From Cyanophora paradoxa CCMP329 (lineage: Eukaryota > Plantae > Glaucophyta), in contig QPMI01000277.1 of assembly GCA_004431415.1 (NCBI GenBank), positions 1 through 64,000 of the forward strand: a stretch of 64,000 nt of DNA, in the 5' to 3' direction. The notes under the pieces were generated by a model that searched no databases, was not told the DNA's origin, and saw only the letters and a list, made by a program, of their open reading frames with translations. Shown in pieces: positions 14,406 to 26,520 of the stretch. How positions within the stretch are numbered: the first letter of the stretch is position 1; every line of letters starts with the position of its first letter. The position numbers and the translations under genes are program-made.

Positions 14406-17400
14406 ATGGCGTCGGCATTCGACGCGGACACGGTCTTCGCGCTGCTAGCCAGCAAGCGCCGGCTGGACCGGGAACGCGGGGTGGTGCTTCTGCGGGATGC
14501 GGCGGCGCGGCTCTCGGGTGCGAGCGCTCGTGCGGTGGGCGCGTCTCCTGACGCACGCGCAGACGACGAGCTCCGTGCGCTGCACGAACGGACACTGGAG
14601 CTGGTGCGCTTTGACGCAGACTGGGAGCCGCGGCACGGCGGGCTTCTGGCAGCGGCGCTGCTTGTGTCGACTTTCAACGAGCCGACGTTTGCTCTTAAAT
14701 ACCTCGAGGTGCGCCGCGCTCTCGATTCGACTCGGGATAGCTTTCAATGAGTCGACGGCCGAATGCAGCTGGTGCCCAGCTGCCTCGAGGTGCGCAGAGC
14801 CATCCCCAGGTCGTCTCCGTGGCTGAGAAGTGCAGGACGACGAGATGCGGACTCGGCTCGCCTGCGCGGAGCTTCTTGAGGTCGTCGCCCGCAGGTACTG
14901 CATTCTTAGAGTATCGTGCTGGCCGCGTACGCGTGTGGTGGGTGGTACAGACTCGTATGCATGCGATGGCAGGACCGGCTCCGCCGCGTTCGAGACTCTG
15001 GAAGACTACCTCTTGGACGCTGTCGACGCGAACTTCGAGAGGGAGGGGCATCTGTACGACAGCGCTGGCGGCGAGAATGACGACGCGAACGGCTATGACA
15101 GCGAAGTGGAAGTGAGTGGCGCCCCGCTGGCGCATGCGCCGCTGAAGCTGCTGCAGCGTGCCGACGCGCGCTTCCGAAGCAATCTCGCCTCCGAGGGTTC
15201 CGGCCAAGACGCCGCGGAGCGGCCGGCGTCTCCGCGGCCCTCGTCGCCGCGCTCTCCCCGATCACCGCGAGCGCCACCGCGCAAGAAGGCAACGAGCCTG
15301 CGGATCGAGAGCGAAGGCTGGCGTGCCCTGGAAGCCAGTATGCGGGCGCTCCAACACATCTTCAAGGGCGCCGGCAGTGCGCTGGCTCCGTATCTTGGTC
15401 CCGCCGGCAACGGTGGCCGGCTGCTCGAGCTGATCGGCCGAGCCTGCTCGCACGGCTCCCGCTTCGTGCGTGAGATCGGGTTCGACGCGTGGTCCGTTGT
15501 CCCAGTCCCCTTTGCGTCTGCGCGACGTCCAGCGGTTTCCTGACTCGCTTTCTCCAGTGACGCTCTTCTCGGCGCCTGTGATGCGGCAGCACTGCATCAC
15601 GCTGGCCCCGTACTGTCGCTCCGCATCAGCCTTGGCCTCACCGACAACTGGTCGGCAGTGCGGCTCGCCAGCAGCCGTGCCGCCCGCAGCTTTGCCATCC
15701 GGTGGCAGTCCACGCGCGGAAGCGCCGCCCCCGCGACCGCCGAGCAGCTCATCGGCGGCCCTGTTGCCGTCGTCTTGCCCAGCCTGGCGCTGAACCGGTG
15801 CGCGCCGGCGCTCGCGCGGGAGTGGAGCGCCCGTGACCGCGCCGCCATGCAGGTACTATGTGGCAGGTGCGGTGGGAGGGGGCCCTCGGCGGCGCTCGCG
15901 CCGAGGTCGTCGCAGAGGGCGTGCGGCTGCACGCGGCGGAGACGTGGCGCCTCGTCGTGGGCGACGCCGGCCGCGCTGTCGTCACCGGCCTCCTCCCCCA
16001 GGCCGGCCTCCCGCCCCGCCTCCCCGCCGGGCCGTCCCTGAGGGCGCCCGCAGGTCAGCGTCCTCTACCAGGGCCAGCTGCGGGCCGCGAACTACGTGCG
16101 TGCCGTCCGGAGGGCGCCTCGGGCGGCTGACGGCGCGGGGCCGGCAGTTCGCGCGGGAGGCGGCGTGCCACGTGATCGGCGAGCTCGCCGCCAAGATCGA
16201 CGCGGAGCTCCTGCGGCCCTTCGCCCCGCAGCTCCTCTCCTCCCTCGTTGCCGCCTGCGAGTGCGGCTTCGCTCCTGCCCTCGCCGGCCTGCCTGACGCC
16301 CCGGCCCCAGCGACGAGAGCTGGCCCGTCCGCGTTGCCGCTGGCGTCGCCGCCTCGCGGTGCGCCGCCTCGGCGCCGGGGGGGAGGGGGCGACAGCTGCT
16401 GACTTGGCGGGGCGGGGGCAGGTTCGCGGGCCCCTTCCCGGAGGAGACGCGGGGGGCGGCGGAGGGCTCGCTCTACGCCTTCTGGGAGGCGCACCTCTGC
16501 GAGGCCATCCCCTCCATCCGCGAGGGTCCCCGCCGCCCCCGCCCCCGAGCCGCCCCGCCGCCCCGCCCGCCCCCTCACGACCACGCTGCTGCAGATGCGG
16601 CGGTCGCCATGGCGGCGGCGGCGCGCGGCCTGGGGCCTGCTGCGGTCCGCCGGGCGCTGGACTACATCGCGAACGCGATCGGGCGGGCCAAGGAGCAGCC
16701 GCCCGACCGGCGGTGCGCGCACCGCCTCTCGCCCGCCTCGTTCCCTCGCGCGCTTATATGCCCGGCGAAGTGGCAGCGACGGGGCCGGGAACCCTCCGCA
16801 GGGCAGAACCGGTCCCAGCGGGCAGCGAGTCTTTGACGTGGGCGACAGCATGGGACCCAGTTCGCGGTACGCCTCGCCCGACGTCGAGGCCAGCGCGCTC
16901 GGCCGACCCGCTCGACGCCAGCCTGCCGGGGTACACGTCGTACGTCGAGCACCGCGTGCGGCGCCCCGCGGAGCCGTGGGAGGTGTCGGACGGGTGCGGA
17001 CGCGGCGGTGGGCGGCGGGGTGGGCGGGGGCGAGCGGCGGCGCAGGGCGGTGTACCTGCTGCGGGAGATGGCGGGAGTGGCGCCGGAGGAGGCGGCGACG
17101 CTCTTGCCGCGCCTCGCCGAGCTCCCGGGCCTCTCCCACGCCGCCGCCCACCAGCGCCTCGCCGAGACCGTTTGGGCGCAGCTGCCCACGACCGCCCGCG
17201 CCCTCGGCCCCCGCCGCCTCAAGCCCCACCTCGAGCTCTTCCTTCCTCCGCTCCTCCGCACCCTATCGGGCCCCCTCTTCTCCACCGACCCGGCCCGCGT
17301 TGCCGCCGAGGCCTGCGCCCGGGAGCTCGCCCGCGTCCTCGGCCCCTCCATCCTCCGCGGCCGCCTTGCCCTCCTCGGGCCCGACTCCGTCGCCACCTGG

Positions 17401-17643
17401 GACCGCCTCTTCCCCTGCCCCGACGGCGTCCCCGGCCCCTCTGCTCCCTCCCTTTTCCCAGTGCGGCAGGGCGGGAGCGCTCCTGGCGGCGCCGCACGCC
17501 CGTGGGTTCCAGCTCCTGGGATGGCCCCTCCGGCCCCGTCCATGCATGGGCGTGGGTCCCTGCCTGAGGGTGCCTCGGCGGCTGTGTTCCGGCCAGCCAG
17601 TGCTGCGTCTGGACGGCAAGCGGACCACGGGCCCTTCCTGTAG
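14406..17643 (+). CDS. Uncharacterised HEAT/ARM-repeat protein, multi-exon
   Basis: Helical HEAT-like segments DWEPRHGGLLAA, DDEMRTRLACAELL, GLTDNWSAVRLASSRA, AEGVRLHAAETWR, AREAACHVIGELAAKID, EPWEVSDG|AVYLLREM. Consistent exon/intron pattern ending at TAG 17641-17643. Confidence 0.7.
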
Positions 17644-17729
17644 ATTGCTTCGAGAGTCTTACACGCAAATCCGAGGCTCATTTAGCACCAATGCCCACTG
17701 GCCTGGGCTATGGCGCGGCCGGCGGGGCG

Positions 17730-18300
17730 ATCACAGTGATCATGATCATCAAAATTCAATGATTTTTAAATCGCACTGCACACGGCACTTCAAGGCTTAT
17801 ATATTTCATACTGATAATAATCAACTAGCTCAGCGGCTTGGAGTCATGAAAAAACTTTGAAAATGTTGCACTTCTCACCATGGCACAGTACCATAATTAT
17901 TGCAACATTAATATTCGGCTCCGACATGACTCTGCGCGCATCATGGCATACAGCCGCTGAGCCTCGGGCCTAGCAGCTGAGCATCGGATCATGAGATCAT
18001 CATGGCACTGCGGCACCGGATCCTGAGACTCTGAGATCATCCGATGATCATGTGCCACGGTGATCATGGCATGCCGCCGCCATGATCATGATGCCGCAGT
18101 GCCGTGATGACATTCTGATAAGATGAACTTCGGAATGTCAGTGTAGCACCGTGGCACCTCCGAGGCTCGTGATCATCGGATCATCATCATGGCATGGCAT
18201 GATAACATCAGTGACTCAGTGACTCTTGATCCGACTCCGAGGCTCGGCGATGATCAGTGATCATGATCATCGGATGATTACCGCCCGGCCCGGGCCCCCT
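17730..18300. repeat. Low-complexity region built from palindromic words (TGATCA, CATG, GATC, GACTC/GAGTC)
   Basis: Dense reiteration of gatcatgatc, catggca, gagactctgag and cagtgactcagtg. Confidence 0.8.
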
Positions 18301-18578
18301 GAGGCCCGTTAACGTTCAACGGTTGGCCCGGCGCCCAGTGGCAGGTCTGTATACGTATATATATATAGATATACTATGATATATAGGCCCTCGGGCCTGA
18401 GGCCCTCCGGGCCGGGCGCCGCCGGGCCCGGCCAGAATCGATCGGATCGAGAGCCTCGGAGTCGGCGTCCCCGCGGATTGATGCACGCATGCACCGTGGC
18501 ACTCATGCAGCCTGACACTGTACATGTGACAGTTTCAAGTTGCAATTGACTACGTACTTCAATTGTTGATTTGAGCTA

Positions 18579-19922
18579 ACCAGCGGGCTGCTGGGCCCTT
18601 CCCCGAAGGCCATCGGCCGCGACAGGAGCCCCGGAGAGAGGGTCTCCAGCCGCGGGCTGGGGAGAGGGGACGGTGTGCGGGGCAGCACACCAACCTGCGC
18701 GTCCTCCAACGGGGGGAACGCGGCGTCCTCGAACCCCGCGCCCCCGTGCGCATCCTCGGCCACGGCAGCCTGGCGCGGGCTCCCCGAGCCGGCTGCAGCC
18801 GCACTCCGATCTTCGCCCGGCCCGGCGGGGCTGTTGATGCCGCCTCGAGGTTCGCAGGGGCTGGCGCCGCCCCGGCCAGTAATGACGCGGGGTCCTGCTC
18901 GTGCGCCGCGTCCTGCAACGGGAGCACACCGGCTTCGCCCAGCATCCGCCGCTCCGCCTGGAGTCGGGTCAGCGAGCCCAGCCGCGCCGGGCGAGCAGGC
19001 GTGCGGGGCGGCCGCGGATCGGTGCGGACCTCCTCTTGCTCGGCCGTGAGGAGAGAGAGCCTCAGGGCGAGCGCGAGCTGGGCCTCCTCGTCCATCTCCA
19101 CCCCTGCGACCCGCCCGGGCCGCTCAGCTCGTTCACGGGGCCCCGCCCAGGGGACGGCGCCCTGTGGCCGGAGATCGCTGGGCGGGCGCACCTCCGTGGG
19201 CGGGGTTCGAGGCGGCTCCGCCGGGCCGCTGCGGGAGCCGCCGCGAAGGCGCGGCGGTGGCGGCGAAGGGCGGGGTGGCGATCGGGGAGAGAGCCTCGTC
19301 GTCGCCCCGCCCTCGTGGTCGTCGGCGCCCACCTCGTCCTCCTCTCCATCCCGCCGGTACACCACCGACGCCGCGCTCCGGACCCCACCACCCGCCCGTG
19401 CGCCGTCTGAGCCGCCTGAGCCCGGCGAAGGGCGCGGCGCCCTCGGCAGCCTCACCTCGCGGGCCTCGAGGCTGCTGCCGGCCCGGTCCGAGGGCAGGAG
19501 GAGGTGCGCTCCGTGCCGGTCGAAGAACTCGGGGTCGTACACCACCTGCGCCGACGTTCAGCGCGCGCCCTCGCCCCTCGCCGCCGCGCGCGCCGCACCG
19601 AGCCTGCGGCCGCCGCCGCAGCGCGCCGCTGCTCGCTGTCCTCATCGCTTTCGTATCCGTAGTTGTAGCTACCGGCCCGGCCGTATGCAGGCGCCTCTTC
19701 CTCCTCGTCTTCCTCCTCGTCTTCGTCGTTAGAGCCGCCGGCATGCACGACGAAGGCGTCCCGGTCGTCCGGCCGCCCGCGGCCCGCCATCCGCGCCAGG
19801 TACCGCCGCACGCGGCCAGGCGGCCCGCCGCCGGCCCGCCGCTGGCTGGACGACTCGGCCGGCGCGCGGGGCGCTGGCGCCTCGTCGCCTCCCAGCATGA
19901 GGGCGAGCATCCGCTCCCGTTC
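18579..19922 (-). pseudogene. Inverted, intron-containing partial duplicate of the DA2/Sip5-like gene (copy of about 31475-32815)
   Basis: Reverse-complement match to 31475-32815 with scattered substitutions and small indels. Lacks the RING exons and the stop codon. Confidence 0.93.
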
Positions 19923-20128
19923 AACGTTTCCAGCTCCTCTCCTGCTCCCGCTGTGAATCTATCGCGCGCTGCCGCAGTGCCAGGCTGCCTCAGGGCCTGC
20001 AGCTTGCTGGCTCGATGCGCGCAGGACGAAACACCGCAGCTGTCTGCTAGGCTAGGAAGCATGCACACGGCGCCGACCGCGCGGCCTGCGAAGCCAGGCT
20101 TCATCTGGCCGTGCAGAAGAAACGCCGG

Positions 20129-20175
20129 CAGTTGTTGCAACTGCCGTAACTGCCGGACTAACAGCCGTAACTGCC
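20129..20175. promoter_or_regulatory. Cluster of five MYB-type YAAC(T/A)G sites upstream of the repeat-protein gene
   Basis: ggCAGTTGttgCAACTGccgTAACTGccggacTAACAGccgTAACTGcc, about 300 bp upstream of ATG 20457. The first two sites form an inverted pair. Confidence 0.4.
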
Positions 20176-20456
20176 CGAGGCATGCCGGCTCTCTGCAGAC
20201 GATTCTGCCGCGCTTCGGTCTGGTAATGGACGGACAAACACGACGGGGTTCGACTCCGAGCAACAGCGCCGGCTCCTTCCCCCCCCAGAAACGCCGAAGA
20301 CTCAGACTGAACGGCTTTTTTTGGCAAGGCGCCCCAGGGTACGCACCGAGACCCAGCGCCGGAGTTACAGCTTGTTCTCGACGCCGTCGAAAAAAAGGCG
20401 CGTTCGCAGCAAGGCGCGCTAGAGCAGCCGCCCACTAAAACAGCCGGCTTAGACAA

Positions 20457-22003
20457 ATGTCGCGCCCCGAGAACGTTGCGAGCCTGCCGATCGGCGAGGG
20501 CGCTGCCCCGGCGCACCCGATTCCCAGCATCCCGGCGGCTGAGTGCAAGCCCGCGGCTCGCATTGAGCCCGAGACCTCGCAGAAGTATGGCACTCTCTAC
20601 AGTGAGTCCGGCTCTCGAGTAGTGTATATGCCGCTGGATGGGGCGCATCTGACGTCCGTTGTCTGCGCGTTACAGCCACCCAGGTGCCGTACATCCAGAC
20701 TACCACTGAGTACGAGGAGTACGGTGAGTCTTGCTCGCGATAGCAGCGTCAGTGTAGTCTGGACGCGGACCCTGGATCTGGCGGAGATTGGGACGGGAGC
20801 TCGGCGGTTAGCAGCGTAGACCAGCCGTTACTCGCTAGGAGCAGCAGCACTCGGGCCGGAGATTCGCTCGCATTTCGGCATAGTGCTTACTAGGGATGGC
20901 GCAGACATCCCGGAGGACTCGGTGATCGTCGAGACCCGCCCGATTAAGGTCCCGTTCTCGGAGACCACCACGAAGACCTGGGAGGTCGAGCTCCCGCCCG
21001 CGGGCCAGGAGGTTTCGTACGGCACTCTCGCCCTGCCGGTTGAGAAGGTCGTGCACACCTCGTACGACTACCAGCTGCCGGCGAAGCAGGCGACCACCGA
21101 GCCGTCCCCGGCTGAGATCACGGCGAAGAAGATCACCTCGATCGACTACGACTATGAGCTTCCTGAGAACAAGGCGGTTTACACCACGAAGGTGTACATG
21201 ATCCCCATTGAGGAGACCATCGTCCAGACCAAGACCTACTCGGCTAAGCTCCCGTCGGACTACGAGGCGGAGGAGAAGACTGATGTTGAGATCGCCGGCC
21301 GGAAGCTGACCACGCACACCTACGAGTACAAGGTCCCGAGCTGCGACACCAAGGTTTACAGCGACCTCGTCGACGTGAACGTGAAGCAGTCCGTGACCAA
21401 GTCGTACGCCTACAAGCTTCCGGACTGCGAGAAGCCTGTTGAGACTAAGTTCGCGACCGCGGACGGTGTTGAGACCATTACTCTCACCAAGGACTACCTC
21501 CTGCCCTGCGAGAACACCACCACCAAGCTCAACCCGACTGAGGCGTCGGTCAAGGCGGCTGCGTCGTCGGCGGCGACCTGCAACAACTGCGGCTCTAGCC
21601 CCTCGGTCAACGAGGTCCGCTACCAGTATGTAAGTCCAGCAGCCCTGCCACACTTGCGTCGGTTACTCGCAACGTGCTTAAGGTTTTGCAGGACCCGGCC
21701 AAGGTCACTGTGACCAAGCAGCTGGAGGAGTCGATGCAGCAGGCGGAGGATGATGCGATTGCGGGCGAGCTGGCGAACATGTCGTCTGATGCGGTTAGTA
21801 GTTTTTACTCGAAAGTTCGCCTTCTTTCAATCGAACTTTGCACGCCAGGAGTCGATGCCCCTGGCGGAGTCGAGCGATGTCGCGAACGTTGAGATCAGCG
21901 AGGAGCACTGCGAGCTCATTAGCGAACTCGTGCGTTGTTTTCTTTCATTTTTCTTTCTATTCTTATGTGTTTGCAGGACAACATTGATGCCGAGCTGCTG
22001 TAA
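20457..22003 (+). CDS. Unrecognised T/E/K/V/Y/P-rich internal-repeat protein (possibly a cortical structural protein)
   Basis: Clean spliced frame from MSRPENV to DNIDAELL*. Long exon of about 20906-21626 with strong C/G-ending codon bias and recurring TxxY(D/E)YxLP-type motifs. Confidence 0.8.
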
Positions 22004-22538
22004 ATTATCCCCAAGTGGGGCTCGCCAAGTCTGTAGCTTAGGGACTCGGCGCGGCGGGAGGGCGGCTCGAGTCGGATGCGGCGCGTGATGGCCTTGATGA
22101 AGGACTCCGCGCGGTCGGATGACGAGCTGGGTGGCGCTTTCTCCTACCATTTCCGTTACCACCCATTTGTGGCTGTAGTTGCGTACGAGACCGTGCGCCA
22201 GTGCGGGCCGCGGTCTCGTATTCGATAGGCGGCCAGCAGCGTAGGGCGCGTCGTTAGCCAGGCCCTTGTCTCATGCGGTGACTCTAATTATGCTTTGTAA
22301 AAACGAAAGGCTCCCCTCAACTGATAAAGTACTAGTTGTATGGGAAGTGTTATCGGTAATGAGACATGCGATTCGCCCCAGAGCATTTTCATATCTCGAG
22401 CAACGTTGGCCTGTTTTGGCAGGGTATTTGGAACTTTCACCACTCGATAAAATCGCATTGGGATCACAAAAGAGAGATAGGAGAGATTAATATTTCGATT
22501 GGTATTCACAGAACAAGTTAGGAAGGCTTCGGTGGCCG

Positions 22539-25500
22539 TCAAGCCCGAGTGCCAGGAGTGCCGGCGGCGGTGTTCGCGGACTGCTCGTCCTTCTCCTTCT
22601 TGGAGACACGGGCAAGGTGGCGCATCCAGTCGTCGCGGCGCTCGGAGGTGTCGGCGGCCCAGGTGTACTGCTTCGGGCCGAGCTTGACACTGAAGGCGTA
22701 CTTGCCCTTCGCGCGAGTGAGCGGGGGGGAGCCCAGGCGGGGGCGAGCGGGGGCCCCACCGCGACTTCAGCCTTGGTGAGGACCAGCGCGTCACTGAGGA
22801 AGATGACGCTGCCCTGGGGGTCCTTCACTTTTTGCAGGAACATGTTCTGCGGCCGGCGTCAGGGCGGGAGGGCGCATTTGCGGGCGCTTGGGCGCGCCCG
22901 CTTGGACTTGAAGACAATGAGGGAATGCGGCTTCGGGTGCCCGAGCAGCTGGACATGCTCCCGCGTCCATGAGCTTCTGAAGCGGGAGCGCTGCAGCCGC
23001 CAGAGGGGCTCGTCCAGGACGGGCTGCGCGCCGGTCAGGTGCAGGCAACTGGAGGCGAGCCCCGCACGCCTTTTTCTCGAGGTTGAAGAGGGTAATCCCA
23101 TTCCGGATGTCCTCCCCCTGCTCCCCTGCACGGCCCCCGTGTGAGCAGCGCAGAAATCTCAGGGCGCAAGCTGAGAGCAGGGGCAGACGCAGGGGGGCTG
23201 TCTTTAGACCGTCGACCTTGGCGGCAAGATCGGCCGTCTGTGGATGCCATCAGCGAGGGGCCAGAGGCGCGGCAGAGGGTCGCGTGCCTTCGTGTCGTTG
23301 GTGAAATACGATTTAACGAGCTCTGCGGCACTCGCAGACGGGGGCAACGTGGGGGCGGAGGAGGGGCCAGCTCCAACGCCGGCCCCCTTCGCCGAGGAGT
23401 CGTTGAAGGAGACGACGGAGGAGGTCTTTGACATGGTCCGCCCGTTGGCCGCCAGGCTCCTCCCGTTCACCGCCACGTTGCTCCCCTTCCCCGAGGACCC
23501 GCTGTGCACGGAGGACGACCGTGGGTGCCCGGAGGCCTGCAGCACGGTGCTCCCCAGGGCCCCTGCCCCTCGGGAATACGACTGCCGCCCCGGGGGCTCC
23601 GGGCCAGTCCCCCGCCTCGTCTCCTTTCCCAGCGCGTCACGATCTCTACTCCGATCTGCTCTCTGTTCCCGCCGTTCTTGCCTGCCGAGCCGCCTTTGAG
23701 GGGGCGGGGCCAGGGAGCCGGGCCCGTCGGACCTGCCATGGCGGTCGCCATCCGAGGGGTACGACTCTTCAGAGAAGTCGTCGTCACGGCGGCGAGAGCG
23801 GGATCGCCTTTCGTAGTCGCGGCTGTGGGACGAGTCCCTCCTACGCGACGACCGGTCCCGGTCCCGGTCCCGATCCCGCCGCTCTCTGTCCCGGCTGCGA
23901 TCCCGCCCTCGGTCCCTCTCTTGGTCCCGCTCCCGCCTGCCCCCGCTACTGCTCCGCCGCCTGTGCCGCCTGGCCAGCGTCAGGTGGCGTCGGGGCGCCT
24001 GGCGAGGCTGAGCCCCGCACCTCTCTTCTGTGTCGTCGTCCGGGGGCGGGGGCGCCGCGTCCTCCCCGAAGTGAATGAAGGGGAAGCCCCCTCCGATGCG
24101 CACCACGAGCCCGCCGGCTGGAGCGGCCCCCGCCGCAGGGCCGTGCCCGGCGTCCAGGCCGGCGACGGCGGCGCGGAGGGAGGCGAAGGCGGAGGCCTCT
24201 GGGGCGGCGGCGCGCGCGCGCTGCCGCTCGCGCTCAAGGCGCAAGTGGTGCTCCATGAGGGCCGCGGGGTCTGAGGCGAGCGGAGGCACGACCGGCTCCT
24301 CCCGCGCGCCGCCACTGAAGTTGCCGAGGAGCGCTGAAAGGACGGATGCGCGAGCCGAGCCCTGCGGGCTCCAGTTCCGGCCGACAGCGGAGGTGCCTTG
24401 CGGAGCAGCCACTGCACGGGGCCGCCTGAGCGAGTGCAGGAGTGGCTTGCGGGCGGGGCGCGGACCTGCAGCCGAGCGCTCCGAGGGAGCCTGCGAGCCG
24501 AGGCTCACGGCGACGGAAAGCTCGGTGGGGTCGTCGAGGGGTCTACCGCCGGCCTGCGGGGCGTGAGGGAGGGTGCTGGTGCGGCGCCGGCGAACGAACG
24601 GCGAGGCGGGAGACAAGGAGGTCAGACTCGTCCTTGGTGAGAGGCCGGCCACCAATGCGCGGCACCGCCTCCTCCTCTGCTACCGGCGCGCTCCCCAGCT
24701 CTCCCACGTGCCGCAGCGCCTGCGCTCGGCATGAGGGACCCTCTTCTCGCTAGGAGGGCCCACGGACCGAGTTCTGCACGGCCCGGCAGCACACCCGGCG
24801 CAGCTTCACGCCGAAGCGCAGCACTTCCATCGTAGCCTCGCACTCAGCCCACGCGCCGTCCACACACAAGACGCACGCCCCCAGCGCGTTGCCCCCAAGG
24901 GCAGGTGCGACGAGACGCGATAGAGCGCTCGCATTCGCTTCACGAAGAGCAGCGGCTGCCACATCCTCCCCCCGAGTTGGGTCGTCGCTTCATCGAAGAT
25001 AAGCAGCAGGGGATAGGGGCGCCTTCACGAAGAGCGCACCTGACTTCCGACAGAGAGTCCACGATACGCTCTAAAGCGATAATTCCCTTCTGCGTCTCGA
25101 AGCCATCCTGCAGTCCGCAGAGCTTAGCAAGGGGACGCTATTCCGAGAACAGACGCACCCGCAAGCGCGAGATCAAAGAGAGTCCGCCGCTCGAACGGGG
25201 GGCTGCTCCCATGTCCACGAGGGTCTGCAAAACGGTGAGCGCGTTCCAGTCGTGCAGCTACGGGCTGGCGCACAAGATGAGAGCGCAGGACCGGCTCGAA
25301 ATCTCCAACGATGCCGTCGGAGGCTGCTTGCGGCTGCCTGCTTTCCAACGACTGCAAGCAACGAATCTATGTTACATGCGGAAGATCAATCCCCGGCAGA
25401 GGCTAGTGAAAGCCAGACCACGCGGTAGAAATAGTGCGCGTGAGTAGGCTTCGCTTGCACGCCGCGCCCGTCGCTCGCGCGCAGGCCTGCTTGCGCATGA

Positions 25501-26321
25501 AGAAACGCAATCGCTTTTGCAACCTTGCTGCGCACCTCGCGCGACCGAGATTTGCTCTCGAAGTTCACCCGCGGTTGTGACCGCCGCCTCGACGATGCCC
25601 TCCAGCTCAGAGCTCTACAAAAAAAGGAATGGAAAGAAACGATAAACTAACAGCGCGCACACAGCTCAGATATGTGCGCGCACGTTCTGTTTAATGACGA
25701 CCTCAACGGAACCCGCTGCGGACGAGTCCAGGAGATCCCGCACGCGCTCGTTCAGCAGCTCTCCAGAGCTGAAACGCACTGCGAACTCCCTGTCTTTCCG
25801 CTGCGTTCAAGGGGTCACGCAGGCTCGCGCACTGGAGCGCGCCACCACTTCGCACCGCGCGTAGCTTGCCGAACAGCTCCGGGGGTAGCTGGTCGAGCAC
25901 CTGGTCTGCAGCGTATGTCTTGCCACCCTTTGAATTCCCGTAGAAAAAGAGAAAGCCTAGCGAGCAAGCCGCGGGATCAGCCGCGCCGTGATGAGCGGCG
26001 CGCCGCCCGCCGCATCGGAGGGCGTCCGCACCGTGGTATCCGTCGATTAACATGCGGACTAGGGGCTCGAGGACGCCGTCGTACACGTCCTTCCCGCCGT
26101 CGTCCTCGCCGAAGACACGGTCTGTGCAGGGCTGCTTCATGCGGGCGCCTGCATGAAGGTCTAGCGTATCACACACCAAAAGAGAGATCCATAGGGATCT
26201 TTGTGTCCGGGGGTCCCAGGAAGAGCAGGTCGCCGTTTTCGGTCGCCCATGCCTGCTGGCCCGCCGTGGCGGGCCGCAAGCGCACCGCGACAAATGTATG
26301 CTCCGAGACAACGCTTGCCAT
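22539..26321 (-). CDS. Highly divergent kinesin-like protein with a C-terminal PH-like domain
   Basis: MASVVSEHTFVAVRLRP, DLSF|DRVFGE, VYDGVLEPLVRMLIDGY, FFYGNSKGGKT (P-loop), LSRLVAPALGGN..CEATMEVLRFG..R..QN. Long disordered R/D/S-rich middle. C-terminus SWTREHVQL..LIVFK..PQGSVIFLSDA..YAFSV..YTWAADTSERRDDWMRHL. Confidence 0.8.
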
Positions 26322-26520
26322 CAGCTCGGCATCCCGGCAAGCTCAGGCCCGGCTCAGGCGGCCCTGGGCCCTGGTTGCCAGTGGGGTAGAGGGTCTTCAC
26401 GGTGGAGCTGTTACCACAAACCGGGGAGAGCTTCGTCAAGGAAGTATATACGTTCGGTTCGGTTTGGTTTCCAGGCAATCCGGCCCTGCCTTGCAGCGCC
26501 GGCCCTACGTGCAATCCGTA

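Noticed and set aside
15982-20438. Many 300-440 aa Arg/Pro/Gly/Ala-rich ORFs on both strands
   Set aside because: Stop-codon scarcity at very high GC. They are shadows of the HEAT gene and the DA2 copy.
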